From an uncultured bacterium (GTDB taxonomy: Bacteria; Abyssobacteria; SURF-5), in NCBI GenBank assembly GCA_964510165.1, contig CAZEBC010000027.1, forward strand, positions 1 through 11,605: a DNA stretch of 11,605 nt. The letters are read 5' to 3'. A program made the position numbers and the translations under genes. Under the pieces are notes generated by a model. The model was given only the letters and a program-made list of their open reading frames with translations. It searched no databases and had not been told where the DNA came from. Shown here in pieces: positions 1 to 8,084 of this stretch. Within the stretch, counting starts at the first letter, position 1, and each line of letters begins with the position of its first letter.

Positions 1-56
1 TCCGCGAGGGAGGCCGCACCGTCGGAGCGGGCGTCGTCGCCGAGGTCATAGAATAA
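1..56 (+). CDS. tuf: Elongation factor Tu, C-terminal fragment (partial, 5' end outside window)
   Basis: Frame 3 from nt 3 reads REGGRTVGAGVVAEVIE-stop (TAA 54-56), the characteristic EF-Tu C-terminus; lies directly upstream of rpsJ. Confidence 0.96.
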   Translation, partial: REGGRTVGAGVVAEVIE

Positions 57-73
57 TCGGAGTGAATTAAGAG

Positions 74-385
74 ATGGCGAATAGCCAGAAGATCAGGATC
101 AGACTGAAAGCGTACGACCACAGGATACTCGATCAGTCGACCAATGAAATAGTGGATACGTGCAGGCGGACGGGCGCCAAGGTTGCCGGCCCCATTCCTC
201 TGCCGACCTCGAGGAGCGTCATCACGGTGCTGCGTTCGCCCCACGTGGATAAGAAGTCCCGCGAACAGTTCGAGATGCGCACGCATAAACGTTTGATCGA
301 CATAATCGAGCCGACTACCCAGACGGTGGACGCCCTGATGAAGCTTGACCTCCCGGCGGGGGTCAACGTCGAGATCAAGCTCTAA
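74..385 (+). CDS. rpsJ: 30S ribosomal protein S10 (uS10)
   Basis: 103 aa; motifs [50 protein letters not shown] upstream. Confidence 0.99.
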   Translation: MANSQKIRIRLKAYDHRILDQSTNEIVDTCRRTGAKVAGPIPLPTSRSVITVLRSPHVDKKSREQFEMRTHKRLIDIIEPTTQTVDALMKLDLPAGVNVEIKL

Positions 386-439
386 TTGGGTAGCGCCGTT
401 TCCGGGGGAGCGCCTGGTCGATTCGAAAGGACGAGGAAA

Positions 440-1090
440 TTGTTTGGTCTACTTGGAAAAAAACTGGGAATGTCCCAGGTATTTACCGACGAAGGAGCCT
501 TGGTTCCCGTAACCATAATCCAGGCTGGCCCCTGCGTCGTCACGCAACTGAGGAACAAGGAACGTGACGGGTATGAGGCGGTCCAGCTCGGGTTCGAAGA
601 CAAGAAGCGCAATGTGGCAAAGCCTCTGCAGGGCCATTTCAAACGGACCGGCAGCGCCCCGAAGCGGCATCTGCGCGAATTCCCCGTCCCCCCATCATTC
701 GAGTTGGCAGAAGGGGGCGTCGTCAAGGCGGACGTCTTCCAGCAAGGTGAACTCGTTGACATAAGGGGCGTGACGAAGGGGCGAGGCTTTGCAGGCGTCG
801 TACGTCGGCACGGGTTCGGCGGCGGACCGGCCAGCCATGGACATACGTCACATCGGCGCGTCGGCTCCATCGGCCAATGTGCGTTCCCTTCGGAGGTCTG
901 GAAGGGACAGGGGATGCCGGGTCACATGGGACACGTGACGCGCACGATACAGAACCTGAAAATCGTAAAGGTGGACGGCGAAAGAAACCTCCTTTTCATA
1001 AGGGGTTCGATTCCCGGCCCCACGGGCGGCATCGTCGAGGTGCGCAAGGCAGTCAAAGGCCGGGGCAAGCCGACGAAAGGAAAGAGTTGA
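440..1090 (+). CDS. rplC: 50S ribosomal protein L3 (uL3)
   Basis: Motifs GLLGKKLGMSQVF, DGYEAVQLGF, KGRGFAGVVRRHGFGGGPASHG. Start reassigned from 386 to the in-frame TTG at 440, which follows AAAGGACGAGG and matches the usual L3 N-terminus. Confidence 0.97.
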   Translation: MFGLLGKKLGMSQVFTDEGALVPVTIIQAGPCVVTQLRNKERDGYEAVQLGFEDKKRNVAKPLQGHFKRTGSAPKRHLREFPVPPSFELAEGGVVKADVFQQGELVDIRGVTKGRGFAGVVRRHGFGGGPASHGHTSHRRVGSIGQCAFPSEVWKGQGMPGHMGHVTRTIQNLKIVKVDGERNLLFIRGSIPGPTGGIVEVRKAVKGRGKPTKGKS

Positions 1091-1091
1091 A

Positions 1092-1715
1092 ATGGCGGAG
1101 ACGGTTCTCTTTGCCACGAACGGCGCTCAGCTCGGCACAATCACGCTGAGCGATGATGTGTTTGGAATTACGCCGAACGAGGCAGTGGTGCATCAGGTGG
1201 CCGAATCGCAATTGTCGAATCTCCGTCAGGGCAACGCAGCTACCAAGGAACGCGGCGAGATATCGGGCAGCACCCGCAAGCTCTGGAGACAAAAGGGCAC
1301 TGGACGCGCGCGGGTCGGCAGCGGCAAATCGCCTCATTGGAGAGGCGGCGGCACGGCATTCGGGCCGCATCCGCGGGATTACTCGAAGAAGATTAACACA
1401 AAGATGCGCAGGCACGCGCTCAGGGCGTTGCTGGCCGACAGGCTCAAGGCTGACAGTCTCCTCGTGCTGACCGAACTCAAGTTCGACGCGCCCAAGACGA
1501 AAGAACTGCTCGCGATGCTCAGGCGGCTCAAGATATCTGAGAGTTGTTTGATCGTGACGGAGGAGCCCAACAAGAACGTCTATCTCTCGGCCAGAAACAT
1601 ACCCGGCGTCACGCAGACATTCGTTGGCTCGCTTTGCGCGCTGGATGTCATCCGGCACAAGAAGCTGCTGATCACCAAGCCGGCGCTCGAAGCTTTGGAG
1701 AAGAAGCTTTCATGA
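1092..1715 (+). CDS. rplD: 50S ribosomal protein L4 (uL4)
   Basis: 207 aa; motif RKLWRQKGTGRARVGSGKSPHWRGGGTAFGPHPRDYS; position after rplC. Confidence 0.99.
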   Translation: MAETVLFATNGAQLGTITLSDDVFGITPNEAVVHQVAESQLSNLRQGNAATKERGEISGSTRKLWRQKGTGRARVGSGKSPHWRGGGTAFGPHPRDYSKKINTKMRRHALRALLADRLKADSLLVLTELKFDAPKTKELLAMLRRLKISESCLIVTEEPNKNVYLSARNIPGVTQTFVGSLCALDVIRHKKLLITKPALEALEKKLS

Positions 1716-1996
1716 AATACGATCCGTATACCATAATAAGGCGACCGGTTATCTCGGAGAAGGCGACCCTTCTGGTCGAGCGGCAGAACAAGTATGTGTT
1801 TGAGGTTGCTCCGAAGGCCAACAAGATACAGATAAGAAAGGCCGTCGAGGACGCCTTCAAGGTGTCCGTCACCGAGGTGCGCACGATGCGGGTGCCGGGC
1901 AAGAAGAAAAGGGTGCGCCTCCAGTTAGGGCACACGCCCGAGTGGAAGAAGGCGATCGTCACGCTCAAAGAGGGCGACCGGATTGAATTGTTCTGA
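1712..1996 (+). CDS. rplW: 50S ribosomal protein L23 (uL23)
   Basis: MKYDPYTIIRRPVISEKA...KYVFEVAPKANKIQIRKAVE...WKKAIVTL. ATG at 1712 overlaps the rplD stop (ATGA); the ORF-track extension from 1544 is not L23-like. Confidence 0.97.
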   Translation: MKYDPYTIIRRPVISEKATLLVERQNKYVFEVAPKANKIQIRKAVEDAFKVSVTEVRTMRVPGKKKRVRLQLGHTPEWKKAIVTLKEGDRIELF

Positions 1997-2014
1997 GCAA
2001 GGATGAATTGAGAA

Positions 2015-2845
2015 ATGGCTGTAAAAAAGTTTTCACCAAGGACGCCGGGCTTGCGGTTCAAGACCGCGCTGACGTTTGAGGAACTGACCAAGGGCAAGAA
2101 GCCCGAGAAGGCGCTGACCAAGGGCAAGAAGGAATACGCAGGCCGAAACGCCATGGGCCGCGTGACGGTTCGCCACAGGGGCGGCGGCCACAAGAGACGA
2201 TATCGCACGATTGATTTCAGGCGGGATAAAGAAGGGATACCGGGGACCGTAAAGTCCATCGAGTACGACCCGAACCGCACCGCCAACGTCGCGCTGATTC
2301 AATATCCGGACGGCGAAAAGCGATACATTCTCGCGCCGCTGTACCTCGAGGTGGGCGCCCGGGTGATGTCCGGAGTGGGGTCTGAGATACTCATTGGCAA
2401 CGCGATGCCGATAGAGAACATCCCTCTCGGCACGATTATCCACAATATCGAGCTTCAGCCGGGCAAGGGGGGTCAACTGGCCCGCACTGCCGGGGCCGGC
2501 GCACAACTCGTGGCGAAAGAAGGCGCGTACGCCCACGTGAAGTTGCCCTCGGGGGAAGTGCGACTCATACCGGTTCGCTGCCGCGCGACCATCGGACAAC
2601 TGGGAAACGTGGAGCACGAGAACATCTCGCTGGGCAAGGCGGGCCGGGCGCGCTGGATGGGCAGACGCCCGCATACTCGCGGAGTGGCCATGAACCCAGT
2701 TGATCATCCGCTCGGCGGCGGCGAAGGCAAATCCTCCGGCGGACGCCATCCGTGCTCACCGTGGGGTGTGCCGGCAAAAGGCTACAAGACCAGGAAGAAA
2801 TCGAAGCCCTCGAGCAAGTACATCATCAAGGATAGAAGAGGATAA
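2015..2845 (+). CDS. rplB: 50S ribosomal protein L2 (uL2)
   Basis: 276 aa; motifs [47 protein letters not shown]. Confidence 0.99.
   Translation: MAVKKFSPRTPGLRFKTALTFEELTKGKKPEKALTKGKKEYAGRNAMGRVTVRHRGGGHKRRYRTIDFRRDKEGIPGTVKSIEYDPNRTANVALIQYPDGEKRYILAPLYLEVGARVMSGVGSEILIGNAMPIENIPLGTIIHNIELQPGKGGQLARTAGAGAQLVAKEGAYAHVKLPSGEVRLIPVRCRATIGQLGNVEHENISLGKAGRARWMGRRPHTRGVAMNPVDHPLGGGEGKSSGGRHPCSPWGVPAKGYKTRKKSKPSSKYIIKDRRG
2084..2131 (+). repeat. Exact 18-bp direct repeat CTGACCAAGGGCAAGAAG inside rplB
   Basis: Copies at 2084-2101 and 2114-2131 (30-nt period), both in frame and encoding LTKGKK. Confidence 0.9.
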
Positions 2846-2859
2846 AGGACGGAGAGACC

Positions 2860-3150
2860 GTGGCGCGTTCTGTCAAAAAAGGGCCGTTTGTGGACGAGCA
2901 CTTGCTGAAGAAAGTGACCTATCAGCAGCAGACCGGCGAGCGAAAAGTGATTCGCACCTGGTCCCGACGCTCGACCATCGTTCCCGAGATGGTGGGCCTC
3001 ACTCTGGCCGTGCACAACGGAAAGAAATTTCTGCCGATTTACATAACTGAGAACATGGTTGGTCATAAGCTCGGCGAATTCGCGCCGACCCGCTTCTTCC
3101 GCGCACATGGCGGTTCGGAAAAAGCAAGCGCCGTCCGCAAGAAGGCCTGA
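2860..3150 (+). CDS. rpsS: 30S ribosomal protein S19 (uS19)
   Basis: GTG start after [40 protein letters not shown]. Confidence 0.99.
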   Translation: MARSVKKGPFVDEHLLKKVTYQQQTGERKVIRTWSRRSTIVPEMVGLTLAVHNGKKFLPIYITENMVGHKLGEFAPTRFFRAHGGSEKASAVRKKA

Positions 3151-3181
3151 GCGGGAAACGCCAACCCATGGAGCAGTAGTC

Positions 3182-3520
3182 ATGATAGCAAAGGCAAAAG
3201 GACGATTCGTGAGAGTGGCCCCCAGGAAGGCGCGGTTGGTCGCCGACCTCATTCGCGGCAAGCATACCGACGAGGCGCTCAGCGCGCTTCGGTTCACGCC
3301 CAAAGGGGCCTCGAGAATAGTCGAAAAAGTGCTGAAATCGGCGATCTCGAACGCCGAACAAAGAGACGACGTGAACGTGGACAACCTCTTCGTAAGCAAA
3401 GCCACGGTGGACGGCGGACCGTCGCTCAAGCGCCTTCGCACGGCGCCCATGGGACGCGCGGTCAGGGTGCTCAAGCGCACCAGCCACATAACCATAGAAC
3501 TGGACGAAAAGGAGCGGTAA
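3182..3520 (+). CDS. rplV: 50S ribosomal protein L22 (uL22)
   Basis: [27 protein letters not shown]...KRTSHITI. Start set at ATG 3182 downstream of GGAG, rather than the ORF-track 3059 that overlaps rpsS. Confidence 0.97.
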   Translation: MIAKAKGRFVRVAPRKARLVADLIRGKHTDEALSALRFTPKGASRIVEKVLKSAISNAEQRDDVNVDNLFVSKATVDGGPSLKRLRTAPMGRAVRVLKRTSHITIELDEKER

Positions 3521-3523
3521 TAC

Positions 3524-4177
3524 ATGGGACAGAAGGTTCATCCCACCGCCTTCAGGTTAGGCACCACCAAGACGTGGTCATCCAGGTGGTACGCCGACAG
3601 AGACTACTCCAAGCTCCTGCATGAAGACCTGAAGATAGTGAAGCTCGTGAAAGAGCGATTGGCCCACGCCGGCATATCCAAGGTCGAGGTGGAACGCATG
3701 GGCCAGAAAACGCGCATCACTATCCATACGGCCCGGCCGGGCATCGTTATCGGGAGGCGCGGGACCGAAGTTGACCAACTAAAGGCCGAACTCGAAAAAC
3801 TGACCGAGAACGAAGTGCATGTGCTGGTTCAGGAAATCAAGAATCCCGAGCTTGACGCCCAGCTCATCGCCGAGAACATCGCGTTGCAGCTCGAACGGCA
3901 GGTCTCTTTCAGGCGCGCGATAAAAAAAGCGGTGACGACCTCCATGAGATTGGGCGCGAAGGGTATCAAGATAGCGTGCAAGGGAAGGCTCGCCGGCGCC
4001 GAGATCGCCCGGGGTGAATGGTATCGTGAAGGACGCGTGCCGCTTCAAACGCTCAGGGCGGACATTGACTATGGATTCTCCGAGAGCAACACCACGTTCG
4101 GAAAGATCGGCGTCAAGGTATGGCTGTTCCATGATGAGACGACCGGACGCCCGGCAGTGCGACGGGGAGCCGAGTGA
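3524..4177 (+). CDS. rpsC: 30S ribosomal protein S3 (uS3)
   Basis: 217 aa; [50 protein letters not shown]. Confidence 0.99.
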   Translation: MGQKVHPTAFRLGTTKTWSSRWYADRDYSKLLHEDLKIVKLVKERLAHAGISKVEVERMGQKTRITIHTARPGIVIGRRGTEVDQLKAELEKLTENEVHVLVQEIKNPELDAQLIAENIALQLERQVSFRRAIKKAVTTSMRLGAKGIKIACKGRLAGAEIARGEWYREGRVPLQTLRADIDYGFSESNTTFGKIGVKVWLFHDETTGRPAVRRGAE

Positions 4178-4192
4178 GGAGAATAGTCAGCG

Positions 4193-4621
4193 ATGTTGAT
4201 GCCAAAAAGAGTAAAACACCGCAAGCAGCAACGCGGTCGCATGAAGGGGAAGGCCTCGCGGGGCAACCTCGTCAATTTCGGGGAGTATGGCCTCCAGGCC
4301 CTCCAACCCGCATGGGTCACCGCCAGACAGATTGAGGCGGCCAGGGTCGCCCTCACCCGCAAGATAAAACGAGGCGGCAAGGTGTGGCTTAACGTCTTTC
4401 CGGACAAGCCCGTCACCCAGAAACCGCTGGAAACCCGCATGGGAAAGGGCAAGGGCGAGCCTGAAAGGTGGGTTGCCGTTGTCAAGCCCGGCAGGGTCTT
4501 GTTTGAACTCGAAGGGGTCAGCGAAGAGCTTGCCAAGGAGGCGTTCCGCCTGGCCGCAAGCAAGCTGCCGATACGCACCCGCTTCGTCAGGCGGCTGCAC
4601 GCCGTCGGAGGAGGCCACTGA
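4193..4621 (+). CDS. rplP: 50S ribosomal protein L16 (uL16)
   Basis: [43 protein letters not shown]. Confidence 0.99.
   Translation: MLMPKRVKHRKQQRGRMKGKASRGNLVNFGEYGLQALQPAWVTARQIEAARVALTRKIKRGGKVWLNVFPDKPVTQKPLETRMGKGKGEPERWVAVVKPGRVLFELEGVSEELAKEAFRLAASKLPIRTRFVRRLHAVGGGH
4607..4614 (+). promoter_or_regulatory. Shine-Dalgarno site of rpmC embedded in the rplP 3' end
   Basis: GGAGGAGG ends 6 nt before ATG 4621; rplP stop and rpmC start overlap as TGATG. Confidence 0.75.
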
Positions 4622-4827
4622 TGCGCGCCAGGGAACTGCGTGAGATGACCACGGACGAACTCGAACACGAGCTCCGGGAAGCGACTCAGGCCTTGTTCAA
4701 CCTGCGTGTTCAGGCGGCCAGCGGCCAGCGGCTCGACAACGTCAAACAGTTCAAGACTTTGCGCCGCGATATCGCGCGCATAAACACCGTGCTCACAAGC
4801 AAGCGAAAACTACAGGCTCAGGGATAG
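4621..4827 (+). CDS. rpmC: 50S ribosomal protein L29 (uL29)
   Basis: 68 aa; [14 protein letters not shown]...LFNLRVQ...RRDIARINT; between rplP and rpsQ. Confidence 0.97.
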   Translation: MRARELREMTTDELEHELREATQALFNLRVQAASGQRLDNVKQFKTLRRDIARINTVLTSKRKLQAQG

Positions 4828-4835
4828 CGGCCTCT

Positions 4836-5090
4836 ATGGAAAAGCAACATCGACAGGAAAAGACGGGTGTGGTAAGCAGCACCGGGATGGACAAGACCAT
4901 TGTGGTCGTCGTGGAAAACACATTCGTGCACCCCACCTACAAGCGGGTGGTCAGACAAAAGAGGAAGTTCAAGGCGCATGACGAGCGGAACGAATGCAAC
5001 GTGAACGACCTCGTGCGCATCGTCGAGACCAGACCCCTTAGCAGGACGAAACGGTGGAGGCTCGCGGAGATCATCGAACGCGCCAAATAG
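4836..5090 (+). CDS. rpsQ: 30S ribosomal protein S17 (uS17)
   Basis: [44 protein letters not shown]. Confidence 0.98.
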   Translation: MEKQHRQEKTGVVSSTGMDKTIVVVVENTFVHPTYKRVVRQKRKFKAHDERNECNVNDLVRIVETRPLSRTKRWRLAEIIERAK

Positions 5091-5110
5091 ATTCGTGAAT
5101 CGGAGTAGCC

Positions 5111-5479
5111 ATGATTCAGATGCGAACCATGCTCGAGGTGGCGGACAACTCGGGCGCCAAAAAGCTCCAGTGCATACAAGTGCTCGGCTCCGGCAGTCAG
5201 CGCTACGGCAGGGTCGGCGACATCATTGTGTGCAGCGTCAAGTCCGCCATGCCGCAGGGCCAGATAAAGAAGGGCGAGGTTGTCAAGGCCGTCATAGTCA
5301 GGACCCGACAGGATACGCCCCGTCCCGACGGCTCCATCATCAGATTCGATGACAACGCGGCTGTCATCATCAACGAACAAAAGATACCGCGCGGGACCCG
5401 AATCTTCGGGCCGGTCCCGCGTGAGCTGAGGGAAAAGGATTTCATGCGAATCATATCGCTGGCGCCCGAGGTCATCTAG
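5111..5479 (+). CDS. rplN: 50S ribosomal protein L14 (uL14)
   Basis: 122 aa; [49 protein letters not shown]. Confidence 0.99.
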   Translation: MIQMRTMLEVADNSGAKKLQCIQVLGSGSQRYGRVGDIIVCSVKSAMPQGQIKKGEVVKAVIVRTRQDTPRPDGSIIRFDDNAAVIINEQKIPRGTRIFGPVPRELREKDFMRIISLAPEVI

Positions 5480-5498
5480 ACGGAGTGAAACCCAAGAG

Positions 5499-5831
5499 AT
5501 GAGCGTATCGAAAATGCACATAAGGAAGGGAGACACCGTGGTGGTGATCTCCGGCAAGGAAAAGGGAAAACGAGGCAAGGTGCTCCTGGTTTCTCTGGCA
5601 GAGAACAAGGCGATTGTGGAAGCGCTCAACATGGCGACTCACCACGAGCGGCCGTCGCAGAGAAACCCGCAGGGAGGACTGGTCCAGAAGGAAGCGCCCA
5701 TGGCCGCTTCCAACCTCATGCTGGTGTGCCCCAAATGCGGCAAGCCGGCGCGCACGGGCGCCCGAATCCTTGACGACAAGAGCAAGGTCAGAGTTTGCAG
5801 GAAGTGTTCGGAGATAATCGACCAGCGCTAG
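5499..5831 (+). CDS. rplX: 50S ribosomal protein L24 (uL24) with two CxxC motifs
   Basis: KOW motif IRKGDTVVVISGKEKGKRGKV, GGLVQKEAPMAASNLML; CPKC and CRKC near the C-terminus. Alternative start at ATG 5514. Confidence 0.97.
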   Translation: MSVSKMHIRKGDTVVVISGKEKGKRGKVLLVSLAENKAIVEALNMATHHERPSQRNPQGGLVQKEAPMAASNLMLVCPKCGKPARTGARILDDKSKVRVCRKCSEIIDQR

Positions 5832-5924
5832 TTCATTTGACATCCGCGGGGAGCGTCGCGCCTCGGCGTGACTGCGCCCGGTGTGAATACTGACAAGACG
5901 CTAGAAAGAGGAAGGTCATCGCCA

Positions 5925-6470
5925 GTGGCCAGGTTAAAGGAAAGGTACTCAAAAGAGGTCGTTCCGGCGCTCATGCAGCGGCTTGGGCTTCGGAACGTCA
6001 TGGAAGCCCCTCGCCTCAGTAAGATCATTGTTAACATGGGGCTTGGTGACGCGCCGACCGACGCCAAAGTGATGGAAAGCGCGATGAAGGAACTGGCCAA
6101 GATAACCGGTCAGAAGCCCGTCGTCACGCGCGCCAAGAAATCAATCGCAGGCTTCAAGCTGCGCGCGGGTTCGGCCATCGGATGCAAGGTCACCTTGAGG
6201 GGCACGCGTATGTACGAGTTCTACGACAGGCTCGTCAACGTCGCCATACCCAGGATCAGAGACTTTCGGGGGGTGTCCCGAAAGGGCTTTGACGAGTTCG
6301 GCAACTACACCCTGGGGATCAAAGAGCAGATCATATTCCCCGAGATAGATTACGATGACGTCTATAAAATCCGGGGAATGAACATAGTGTTCGTTATTGA
6401 GAACTCAAACAGCCGCGAGGCCAGCATTGAACTGCTCTCGGAACTGGGCATGCCCTTTGGGCGTGAATGA
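5925..6470 (+). CDS. rplE: 50S ribosomal protein L5 (uL5)
   Basis: [52 protein letters not shown]. Start reassigned to the in-frame GTG at 5925, after AAAGAGGAAGG (5905-5915). Confidence 0.97.
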   Translation: MARLKERYSKEVVPALMQRLGLRNVMEAPRLSKIIVNMGLGDAPTDAKVMESAMKELAKITGQKPVVTRAKKSIAGFKLRAGSAIGCKVTLRGTRMYEFYDRLVNVAIPRIRDFRGVSRKGFDEFGNYTLGIKEQIIFPEIDYDDVYKIRGMNIVFVIENSNSREASIELLSELGMPFGRE

Positions 6471-6503
6471 CGCCCCCGAGACCGGCCCGCGCGGGAGAAT
6501 TTC

Positions 6504-6689
6504 GTGGCGAAAAAATCACTGATAGCAAAATGGAAGCGGACGCCAAAGTTCCAGGTGCGCAAGTACAACCGGTGCAGAATCTGCGGACGGCCCAGGGGAT
6601 ACCTGCGCAAGTTCGAGCTGTGCAGAATCTGCTTCAGAAACCTGGCGCGAGAAGGAAGGCTGCCCGGCGTCATCAAGGCAAGCTGGTAG
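6504..6689 (+). CDS. rpsZ: 30S ribosomal protein S14 type Z (short, zinc-binding C+ form)
   Basis: 61 aa, GTG start; MAKKSLI...[23 protein letters not shown]...LPGVIKASW, i.e. CxxC-x12-CxxC. Confidence 0.98.
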   Translation: MAKKSLIAKWKRTPKFQVRKYNRCRICGRPRGYLRKFELCRICFRNLAREGRLPGVIKASW

Positions 6690-6738
6690 CCGACGAAGGC
6701 GCCGCAACGGTCCCGAAAAGGAGAACGAGGTATTAACT

Positions 6739-7137
6739 ATGTCGCTATCGGACCCGATCGCCGATATGCTCACCAGGGTTCGGAATGCCAACTCGGCAAT
6801 GAACGAGAAAGTGGACGTGCCAGCCTCAAAGATGGCCGAGGATATCGCCAAGACCCTGAAGAGTGAGGGCTATGTTTCCGATTACAAGCTCATCGAGAAC
6901 AGGAAACAGGGGGTTCTCAGGATATTCCTGAAATACGAGGCTGATCGCGAGCGCGTGATCAAGGGAATCCGCCGGGTGAGTACGCCGGGAAGACGCGTGT
7001 ATTCGAAGGCTGGCGAAATACCCCGCACGATGGGCGGCTTGGGCATTTCCATCGTTTCGACCTCCAAAGGACTTATGACTGACAAACAAGCCCGCGAGGC
7101 GAACGTGGGCGGTGAAGTGATCTGCCAGGTGTGGTGA
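6739..7137 (+). CDS. rpsH: 30S ribosomal protein S8 (uS8)
   Basis: 132 aa; [45 protein letters not shown]. Confidence 0.99.
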   Translation: MSLSDPIADMLTRVRNANSAMNEKVDVPASKMAEDIAKTLKSEGYVSDYKLIENRKQGVLRIFLKYEADRERVIKGIRRVSTPGRRVYSKAGEIPRTMGGLGISIVSTSKGLMTDKQAREANVGGEVICQVW

Positions 7138-7155
7138 GATAAGAGGGTGTAACCG

Positions 7156-7689
7156 ATGTCTCGTGTAGGAAGAAATCCGATTCCGATTCCAAAGGGAGTC
7201 AAGGTGACGAAGGACGGACAGCGCGTCACGGTCGAAGGGCCCAAAGGCAAGCTCGACTTTGACGTGCCCTCGACGATCACCGTGGCGATCGAGGAAACTA
7301 GAGTGGTGGTTACGCGCGCGAACGACACACGCCGCAACCGGTCGCTGCATGGGTTGACGCGCGCGCTCGTGGCCAACATGGTTCGCGGAGTGAGCGAGGG
7401 CTTTCAGAAGAGCCTCGAGATTCAAGGCGTCGGATACCGGGCTACGGACCAGGGGGGCGCGCTTAATTTCCAGCTTGGATACAGCCACCCCATCCTCTTC
7501 GAGCCGCCGCAGGGCATAAAGCTCTCCGTCGATCGCAACATCGTGACGGTAAGCGGCATCGACAAGCAGGCTGTCGGCCAGGTCGCCGCCCAGATCAGGG
7601 CTCTCAGGAAGCCGGAGCCATACAAGGGCAAAGGAATTCGCTACGTCGGCGAGCGCGTCCGCAAGAAAGCCGGCAAGGCGGGAGTATAA
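7156..7689 (+). CDS. rplF: 50S ribosomal protein L6 (uL6)
   Basis: MSRVGRNPIPIP, HGLTRALVANMV, LGYSHPI, RKPEPYKGKGIRY. Confidence 0.99.
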   Translation: MSRVGRNPIPIPKGVKVTKDGQRVTVEGPKGKLDFDVPSTITVAIEETRVVVTRANDTRRNRSLHGLTRALVANMVRGVSEGFQKSLEIQGVGYRATDQGGALNFQLGYSHPILFEPPQGIKLSVDRNIVTVSGIDKQAVGQVAAQIRALRKPEPYKGKGIRYVGERVRKKAGKAGV

Positions 7690-7704
7690 TCGGGACTCAT
7701 AGTC

Positions 7705-8076
7705 ATGGGAAAACTCAAATTTGACAGGGCGGCCGCGCGTGAGAAGCGGCATCTGCGCGTCAGGCGCAAGCTGTTCGGTGTTCCGGAACGACCACGGCTC
7801 TGCGTTCATCGAAGCACGAAGCACATCTATGCCCAGGTGATCGACGACTCGACCGGTCGCTCGCTCGTGATGGTCTCGTCGCTCTCTCCGGAGGCGCGCC
7901 AAAGCGGGGCGGTCGGGAAGAATATTGAATCCGCCCGCGTTGTGGGCAAGATTCTGGCGCAGAAGGCGGTCGAGCGGGGCATACAGAAGGTTGTGTTCGA
8001 CCGGGGCGGATACCTTTATCATGGCAGAGTGAAAGCGCTTGCCGATGCGGCGCGCGAAAACGGATTGAACTTCTAG
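7705..8076 (+). CDS. rplR: 50S ribosomal protein L18 (uL18)
   Basis: [49 protein letters not shown]. Confidence 0.99.
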   Translation: MGKLKFDRAAAREKRHLRVRRKLFGVPERPRLCVHRSTKHIYAQVIDDSTGRSLVMVSSLSPEARQSGAVGKNIESARVVGKILAQKAVERGIQKVVFDRGGYLYHGRVKALADAARENGLNF

Positions 8077-8080
8077 GAGG
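8075..8080 (+). promoter_or_regulatory. Shine-Dalgarno site of rpsE overlapping the rplR stop codon
   Basis: AGGAGG at 8075-8080 shares bases with TAG (8074-8076) and precedes TTG at 8085. Confidence 0.75.
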
Positions 8081-8084
8081 AAAT

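Noticed and set aside
386..439. N-terminal extension of L3 from the ORF-track start at 386
   Set aside because: The extra residues are not L3-like; TTG 440 has an SD and matches the conserved N-terminus.
1544..1711. N-terminal extension of L23
   Set aside because: Lies within rplD in another frame; ATG 1712 gives the standard ATGA overlap.
3059..3181. N-terminal extension of L22
   Set aside because: Overlaps rpsS out of frame; ATG 3182 has an SD and fits the family start.
4607..4618. Unusual L16 C-terminal tail GGGH
   Set aside because: Explained by the embedded rpmC Shine-Dalgarno sequence GGAGGAGG.
5837..5842. Perfect TTGACA (-35 hexamer) in the rplX-rplE spacer
   Set aside because: The sequence 16-18 nt downstream is GC-rich with no TATAAT-like -10, so a sigma70 promoter is not supported.
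6467..6736. 89-aa plus-strand ORF overlapping rpsZ
   Set aside because: Alternative frame of a conserved gene, with no recognisable features.
6690..6738. Small hairpins in the rpsZ-rpsH spacer (CCG-CAA-CGG, TCC-CGAAAA-GGA)
   Set aside because: Stems of only 3-4 bp with no U-tract; not distinguishable from chance.
7685..7690. TATAAT at the end of rplF
   Set aside because: Formed by the last codon and stop (GTA TAA T); no matching -35 upstream.
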